Positions 27,385-32,000 of a DNA stretch of 32,000 nucleotides are shown here, one piece after another. The notes beneath the pieces are model-generated. The model did not search any database. It was not told the origin of the DNA and worked only from the letters and a program-made list of their open reading frames with translations. The position numbers and the translations under genes are program-made. The DNA comes from Amycolatopsis sp. NPDC057786 (lineage in GTDB: Bacteria > Actinomycetota > Actinomycetes > Mycobacteriales > Pseudonocardiaceae), in NCBI RefSeq assembly GCF_042797905.1, contig NZ_JBHVKW010000012.1:50374-82373 (forward strand), written 5' to 3'. Numbering within the stretch: position 1 is the stretch's first letter; each line of letters begins with the position of its first letter.

Positions 27385-27592
27385 TCTTCGGGCCTCCCGC
27401 GCTGTTCGGATCGCGGGACCGGGCGATCCCGCGTCTCAGGACTACAGCGCAGGTCAGCGGCCCGCCATCCCAGCCACCGGGACGAGTGACGGGGGGCTGG
27501 CCACGCGAGGCGAAAGGGCCCTTCACCGCACGAGACGCGGGGAAAGCGTCCTTCGGCTCCCGGACCGAGCGCGACGGCCGGGCCGGCCCGAG

Positions 27593-27645
27593 TACATGAA
27601 GGCCCCCTTCCTGTACCTAGGCGCAAGGAAGGGGGCCATCATGTA
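27593..27645 (-). terminator. Strong hairpin downstream of the gamma-glutamyl operon; probable intrinsic terminator without a U-tract
   Basis: tacatgaaGGCCCCCTTCCT (27593-27612) pairs with AGGAAGGGGGCCatcatgta (27626-27645). The core stem is 12 bp perfect and extends to 20 bp with one mismatch. The loop is 13 nt. Confidence 0.65.
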
Positions 27646-27650
27646 CTTCA

Positions 27651-27674
27651 GCGCATTTAGAGGACTGAACGCGC
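27651..27674. repeat. Single-arm copy of the GTCCTCT-loop hairpin family
   Basis: The plus strand reads gcgcatttAGAGGACtgaacgcgc. On the minus-strand mRNA this is gcgcgttcaGUCCUCUaaaugcgc, beginning 4 nt after the SDR stop codon (27679-27681). Confidence 0.6.
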
Positions 27675-27678
27675 GGGG

Positions 27679-28446
27679 TCAGAGCGGGGTGACGTAGGCG
27701 CCCGAGATCCCGCCGTCCACCAGGAACTGCGAAGCCGTGATGAACGAGGCGTCGTCGCTCGCCAGGAACGCGACGGCCGCCGCGATCTCCTCCGGCTCCG
27801 CGAACCGCCCGACCGGCACGTGCACCAGCCGCCGCGCCGCCCGCTCGGGGTCCTTCGCGAACAGTTCCTTCAGCAGCGGCGTGTTCACCGGTCCCGGGCA
27901 CAGCGCGTTCACCCGGATGTTCTCCCGCGCGAACTGCACGCCCAGCTCCCGGCTCATCGCCAGCACCCCGCCCTTGGACGCGGTGTAGGAGATCTGCGAC
28001 GTCGCGGCGCCCATCACCGCGACGAACGACGCCGTGTTGATGATCGAGCCCTTGCCCTGCCGCTGCATATGCGGCAGTACCGCCTTGCAGCACAGGTACA
28101 CCGACGTCAGGTTGACCTTCTGCACCTTCTCCCACGCGTCGATGCCCGTGGTGAGGATCGAGTCGTCCTCTGGCGGGGAGATACCCGCGTTGTTGAACGC
28201 GACGTCGACCGAGCCGAAAGTGTCCACAGTGGTCTGGAACAGGGCCTCGACCTGCTCGGCGTCGGTGACGTCGGCCTGCACGAACAGACCGCCGACCTCG
28301 TCGGCCGCGGCTTTGCCCGCGTCGGCGGAGATGTCGCCGATGACGACCTTCGCGCCCTCGCTCGCCAGCCGCCGCGCGGTGGCGAGACCGATGCCGCTGC
28401 TCCCGCCGGTGATGACCGCGACGCGGCCTTCGAAACGCTGAACCAT
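27679..28446 (-). CDS. Short-chain dehydrogenase/reductase (FabG-like); by context a candidate gamma-glutamyl-amino-alcohol dehydrogenase
   Basis: Carries ITGGSSGIG, NNAG and YTASK. Its ATG directly follows the TAA of the aldehyde dehydrogenase gene (TAAATG). Confidence 0.8.
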   Translation of the reverse strand: MVQRFEGRVAVITGGSSGIGLATARRLASEGAKVVIGDISADAGKAAADEVGGLFVQADVTDAEQVEALFQTTVDTFGSVDVAFNNAGISPPEDDSILTTGIDAWEKVQKVNLTSVYLCCKAVLPHMQRQGKGSIINTASFVAVMGAATSQISYTASKGGVLAMSRELGVQFARENIRVNALCPGPVNTPLLKELFAKDPERAARRLVHVPVGRFAEPEEIAAAVAFLASDDASFITASQFLVDGGISGAYVTPL

Positions 28447-29811
28447 TTAACCCTCCGTGCTGATGAAGACATTCTTGGTCTCGGTGAAGGCGTCGACGGC
28501 GTCCGGGCCGAGTTCCCGGCCCAGCCCGGACTGCTTGAACCCACCGAACGGCGTCCAATACCGGACGGACGAATGCGAGTTGACCGACAGGTTCCCCGCT
28601 TCGACGCCGCGCGCGACGCGGAAGGCGCGGCCGACGTCGCGGGTCCAGATCGAGCCGGACAGCCCGTACTCGGTGTGGTTGGCCATGGTCACCGCGTCCG
28701 CCTCGCCGTCGAACGGGACCACGGCGACGACCGGGCCGAAGATCTCGTCCGACGCCAGCGGATGTCGCAGGTCCGGCGGGGTGACGACGGTCGGCGCGAA
28801 CCAGTATCCGGGACCGACGGGCGCGTTGCCCCGGAAGGCGACCGGCGCAGCGTCGTCCACATAGGACGACACCTTCGCGTGGTGCCCCGCCGAGATCAGC
28901 GGCCCCATCTCGGTCACTTCCAGCCGCGGATCCCCCACGACGACACCGTTCACCGCGGGTTCCAGCAGCTCCATGAACTTTTCGTACACGCTCGACTGCA
29001 CCAGGATCAGCGACCGCGCGCAGCAGTCCTGCCCGGCGTTGTCGAAGACGCCGTACGGCGCGGTGGCCGCGGCCTTGTCCAGGTCGGCGTCGGCGAACAC
29101 GATGTTCGCGTTCTTGCCGCCGAGTTCCAGCGTCACCCGCTTCACCTGCGCGGCGCAGCCCGCCATGATCTGCTTGCCGACCTCGGTCGAGCCGGTGAAC
29201 ACCACCTTCCGCACCGCCGGGTGGTCCACGAAACGCTGCCCCACCACCGTTCCCTTGCCGGGAAGCACCTGGAAGACGTCTTCGGGGATCCCCGACTCAC
29301 GAGCGAGTTCGCCGAGCCGGATCGCGGTCAGCGGGGTGAGTTCGGCGGGTTTGAGCACGACGGTGTTCCCGGCGGCGAGCGCGGGCGCGAACCCCCAGCC
29401 CGCGATGGGCATCGGGAAGTTCCACGGCACGATCACCCCGACCACGCCGAGCGGCTCGTGGAACGTCATGTTCACGCCGCCGGGCACGGGGATCTGCTTG
29501 CCGCTCAGCCGTTCGGGCGAAGCCGAGTAGTACGTCAGCACGTCGCGGACGTTGCCCGCTTCCCAGCGCGCGTTGCCGATCGTGTGGCCGGCGTTGGCGA
29601 CCTCCAGCTGGGCGAGGTTCTCGATGTCGGCGTCGACGGCGTCGGCGAACCGGCGCAGCAGCCGCGCCCGGTCGCCCGGAGCCACCGCGCGCCACGCGGG
29701 GAACGCCGCGTGCGCGCGGGCGATCGCCGCGTCGGTCTCCTCGGCCGAGGTCAGCTCGACCGACCTCACCACCTCTTCGGTGGCGGGGTTGATCACCTCG
29801 AACGTGGTCAT
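28447..29811 (-). CDS. NAD(P)-dependent aldehyde dehydrogenase
   Basis: Begins MTTFEVINPATEE. Also carries VPWNFP, ELGGKN (catalytic Glu), FDNAGQDCCARS (catalytic Cys) and EIFGPV. Its ATG overlaps the upstream TGA (ATGA). The upstream 120 codons of the listed ORF are junk. Confidence 0.88.
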   Translation of the reverse strand: MTTFEVINPATEEVVRSVELTSAEETDAAIARAHAAFPAWRAVAPGDRARLLRRFADAVDADIENLAQLEVANAGHTIGNARWEAGNVRDVLTYYSASPERLSGKQIPVPGGVNMTFHEPLGVVGVIVPWNFPMPIAGWGFAPALAAGNTVVLKPAELTPLTAIRLGELARESGIPEDVFQVLPGKGTVVGQRFVDHPAVRKVVFTGSTEVGKQIMAGCAAQVKRVTLELGGKNANIVFADADLDKAAATAPYGVFDNAGQDCCARSLILVQSSVYEKFMELLEPAVNGVVVGDPRLEVTEMGPLISAGHHAKVSSYVDDAAPVAFRGNAPVGPGYWFAPTVVTPPDLRHPLASDEIFGPVVAVVPFDGEADAVTMANHTEYGLSGSIWTRDVGRAFRVARGVEAGNLSVNSHSSVRYWTPFGGFKQSGLGRELGPDAVDAFTETKNVFISTEG

Positions 29812-30521
29812 GGGTGCTCCTTCGCAGCTTTCACCAGCGCCTCGAAAAGCCTGATGTCGTCGGGATTCTGTTCGGGATGCCATTGGACGCCGATGGCGAA
29901 CCCGTCGCCGGGCAGTTCGGCCGCCTCGATGGTCCCGTCGGCGGCCCAGCCGACCGGGACCAGCCCGTCGCCGAGCTTGTCGATCGCCTGATGGTGGTAG
30001 CACGGCACCTTGGTCTCGGCGCCGAGGATCGACGCGACACGGCTGCCCTCGGCAAGGCTCACCGTAGTGGTGCCGAAGGTCCCCGGCGCGGGCTGGTGAT
30101 CCGCACTGTCCAAAGTGTCCGGCAGATGCTGCGCGAGCGTGCCGCCCAGCGCGACGCTGAGCACCTGCAGCCCCCGGCACACACCGAGCACCGGCTTACG
30201 GGCGGACAAGGCGGACCGCAGCAGGCCGAACTCGAAGGCGTCCCGGTTCGGCCTCGTGTACGTCGTCGCGTGCTGCTCCTGGCCGTAGCGCGCCGGGTCG
30301 ACGTCGGCGCCACCGACCAGCACGAGCCCGTCCACGGCGGAGATCAGCCGATCGTGTGCTCCGCTCACCGGCGGCAGCAGGACCGGGACGCCGCCCGCCG
30401 CGACGATCCCGTCGACGTAGACCCGGTGCAGCAGCGCGGCTTCGGTCTCCCAGACGAGGAACTTCGCCGGCTCCAGATAGGAGGTGAGCCCGATCAGGGG
30501 CTCAGAGACGTTCGAAGCCAC
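29808..30521 (-). CDS. Gamma-glutamyl-amide hydrolase, PuuD-like (peptidase C26 / class I glutamine amidotransferase fold)
   Basis: Carries PLIGLTSY, GVCRGLQ (nucleophilic Cys) and GVQWHPE (His/Glu of the triad). The GTG start overlaps the end of the synthetase gene by 20 nt. Confidence 0.8.
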   Translation of the reverse strand: MASNVSEPLIGLTSYLEPAKFLVWETEAALLHRVYVDGIVAAGGVPVLLPPVSGAHDRLISAVDGLVLVGGADVDPARYGQEQHATTYTRPNRDAFEFGLLRSALSARKPVLGVCRGLQVLSVALGGTLAQHLPDTLDSADHQPAPGTFGTTTVSLAEGSRVASILGAETKVPCYHHQAIDKLGDGLVPVGWAADGTIEAAELPGDGFAIGVQWHPEQNPDDIRLFEALVKAAKEHP

Positions 30522-31866
30522 GAATCCTCTCCCAGTCGGTGACGGCGGCGTCGTACGCGGTCAGTTCGACCTTCGCCGCGTTCAGGTAGTGGTCGACGAC
30601 CTCGTCCCCGAACGCCGCCCTCGCGAGCTCGCTCTTGTCCAGCAGCGCCGAGGCTTCCCGCAGAGTCGTCGGCACGGTCGGCTTGCCGGAACCGTAGGCG
30701 TTGCCCTGGAACTCCGGTTCGAGTTCCAGTTCGTTCTCGATGCCGTGCAGTCCGGCCGCGATCAGCGCGGCCACCGCGAGGTACGGGTTCACGTCGCCGC
30801 CCGGGACGCGGTTCTCGGTGCGCAGCGAGTCTCCGTGCCCGACGACGCGGAGCGCGCACGTGCGGTTGTCGGTGCCCCACGCGACGGCCGTCGGCGCGAA
30901 GCTTCCGGGGACGAAACGCTTGTAGGAGTTGATGTTCGGTGCGAAGAAGTAGGTCAGCTCACGCAGCCCGGCGAGCTGGCCGGCGAGGAAGTGCTCCATC
31001 AGCGGCGAAAACCCGCCGGGCCCGTCACCCGCCAGGACGGGCTCGCCCTCGGCGGAGCACAGACTGATGTGGATGTGACAGGAGTTGCCCTCGCGTTCGT
31101 TGTACTTCGCCATGAACGTGAGGCTCTTGCCCTCCTGCGCGGCGATCTCCTTGGAGCCGGTCTTGTAGACGCTGTGGTTGTCGCAGGTGGTCAGCGCGTC
31201 GGCGTAGCGGAACGCGATCTCGTGCTGGCCGGGGTTGCACTCGCCCTTGGCGGACTCGACGTACAGGCCCGCTCCGCCCATCTCGTTGCGGATACGGCGC
31301 AGCAGCGGCTCGATCCGCGCGGTGCCGAGCATCGAGTAGTCGACGTTGTACTGGTTGGCCGGGCGCAGGTCCTGGTACCGCTTGTCCCAGGCCGACTCGA
31401 AGGTGTCGTCGAAGACGATGAACTCCAGTTCGGTCCCGACGTACGCGGTGAGACCACGGGCGGCGAGCCGGTCGAGCTGGCCGCGCAGGATCTGGCGGGG
31501 CGACGGGGCCACGGCGCCGCCTTCCACCCGTTCGAGGTCGGCGAGGACGAGCGCGGTGCCCTCCTGCCACGGAAGCAGGCGCAGCGTGCCGAAGTCGGGG
31601 CGCATGACGAAGTCGCCGTAGCCGGTCTCCCAGGACGACATCGCGTAGCCGTCGACGGTGTTCATGTCCACGTCGACCGCGAGCAGGTAGTTGCACGCTT
31701 CGGTGGCGTGTTCGACGACCTCGTTGAGGAAGTACTCGGCGGCGCAGCGCTTGCCCTGCAGCCTGCCCTGCATGTCGGTGATCGCCACCAGCACCGTGTC
31801 CACGGTGCCGTCCTCGACCAGTTCCCGGAGCCGATCCAGCGTGAGCATGCCGCGCCTGTTCGCCAT
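30502..31866 (-). CDS. Glutamine-synthetase-like gamma-glutamyl-amine synthetase (GlnA3/GlnA4/PuuA type)
   Basis: GS catalytic-domain motifs are present: GTELEFIVF, ESAKGECNPGQHEI, NSCHIHISL, NINSYKRF and RTENRVPG. The N-terminus MANRRGMLTLDRLRELVEDGTVDTVLVAITDMQGRLQGKR matches the GS-like beta-grasp domain. The ATG at 31866 is preceded by GGTGAGG. Amine specificity cannot be read from the sequence. Confidence 0.82.
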   Translation of the reverse strand: MANRRGMLTLDRLRELVEDGTVDTVLVAITDMQGRLQGKRCAAEYFLNEVVEHATEACNYLLAVDVDMNTVDGYAMSSWETGYGDFVMRPDFGTLRLLPWQEGTALVLADLERVEGGAVAPSPRQILRGQLDRLAARGLTAYVGTELEFIVFDDTFESAWDKRYQDLRPANQYNVDYSMLGTARIEPLLRRIRNEMGGAGLYVESAKGECNPGQHEIAFRYADALTTCDNHSVYKTGSKEIAAQEGKSLTFMAKYNEREGNSCHIHISLCSAEGEPVLAGDGPGGFSPLMEHFLAGQLAGLRELTYFFAPNINSYKRFVPGSFAPTAVAWGTDNRTCALRVVGHGDSLRTENRVPGGDVNPYLAVAALIAAGLHGIENELELEPEFQGNAYGSGKPTVPTTLREASALLDKSELARAAFGDEVVDHYLNAAKVELTAYDAAVTDWERIRGFERL

Positions 31867-32000
31867 CAGCCTCACCTAAAGGTTCGAAGCGGTACCTTTG
31901 CGGCTTCTTCCTACCGGGTCGGCCCGACACGGTCAACTCGACCAATGGTCTGGTTCGTTACCCATTGCACACCGTAGTTGATCCCTGGGCGGATTGTCTG

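Noticed and set aside
27512-27524. The palindrome AAGGGCCCTT in the region upstream of the Met/Cys-rich gene, considered as a CsoR-type copper operator
   Set aside because: It does not match the CsoR-type operator pattern as I recall it (a longer G/C-tract dyad with AT-rich flanks). A 10-bp GC palindrome containing GGGCCC is unremarkable in this genome.
26963-27697. A 244-aa plus-strand ORF with striking IIMS/HMRII repeats
   Set aside because: It is the antisense reading of the Met-rich gene, because ATG/CAT repeats read as His/Met/Ile. Codon third positions favour the minus-strand frame, which also has an RBS and the Cys pattern of a known fold.
31876-32000. Possible GlnR box (GTAAC-n6-GACCA on the minus strand, around 31945-31965), a DasR-like TGGTCT half-site and the dyad AAAGGTtcgaagcggtACCTTT (31878-31899) upstream of the GS-like gene
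   Set aside because: Matches to the GlnR (gTnAc-n6-GaAAc) and DasR (TGGTCTAGACCA) consensus sequences are partial, with only one good half-site each. The region is cut by the window edge. I cannot distinguish this from chance.

Overview
Very GC-rich actinobacterial chromosomal segment; third codon positions are almost all G/C. Gene content looks Pseudonocardiaceae/Streptomyces-like, but I cannot fix the genus from sequence alone. I can support 26 protein-coding genes, one tandem glycine riboswitch, one IdeR/DtxR-type iron box and several intergenic repeat or hairpin elements. I found no rRNA, tRNA, CRISPR array, transposase or integrase.

Layout, left to right:
- 1-5455 (-): tightly coupled operon for non-phosphorylative L-fucose/L-fuconate catabolism (FAH-family hydrolase, L-fuconate dehydratase, SDR) plus a CUT2-type sugar ABC importer.
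- 5686-8231: a Bcr/CflA-type MFS exporter convergent with a ferredoxin-reductase-type flavoprotein.
- 8414-12602 (+): a small orphan ORF, a two-domain fatty acyl-CoA reductase (FcrA/Acr1-like) and a GT-C-like polytopic membrane protein.
- 12629-15591: a MocR regulator divergent from an iron-box-controlled orphan siderophore-type ABC ATPase and a cation-dependent O-methyltransferase.
- 15712-18510 (-): a class A PBP whose transpeptidase motifs look degenerate, and a FadR-type GntR regulator.
- 18599-26818 (-): glycine riboswitch followed by gcvP-gcvT-gcvH-glyA-lipA-sdaA.
- 27010-27384 (-): a Met/Cys-rich DUF326/Csp3-like four-helix-bundle protein.
- 27679-31866 (-): a gamma-glutamylation amine-catabolic operon (GS-like synthetase, PuuD-like hydrolase, aldehyde dehydrogenase, SDR).

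The observations I rate highest:
- The methionine-flooded Csp-like protein.
- Two sequence-related palindromic arrays built from 21-bp phased tandem repeats, about 11 kb apart.
- A hairpin family with a conserved GUCCUCU loop placed 0-5 nt after four unrelated stop codons.
- The apparent ethanolamine -> glycine -> serine -> pyruvate gene neighbourhood.

Nothing here resembles a known defence or mobile system. All functional calls come from motif recognition by eye; no database search was run.
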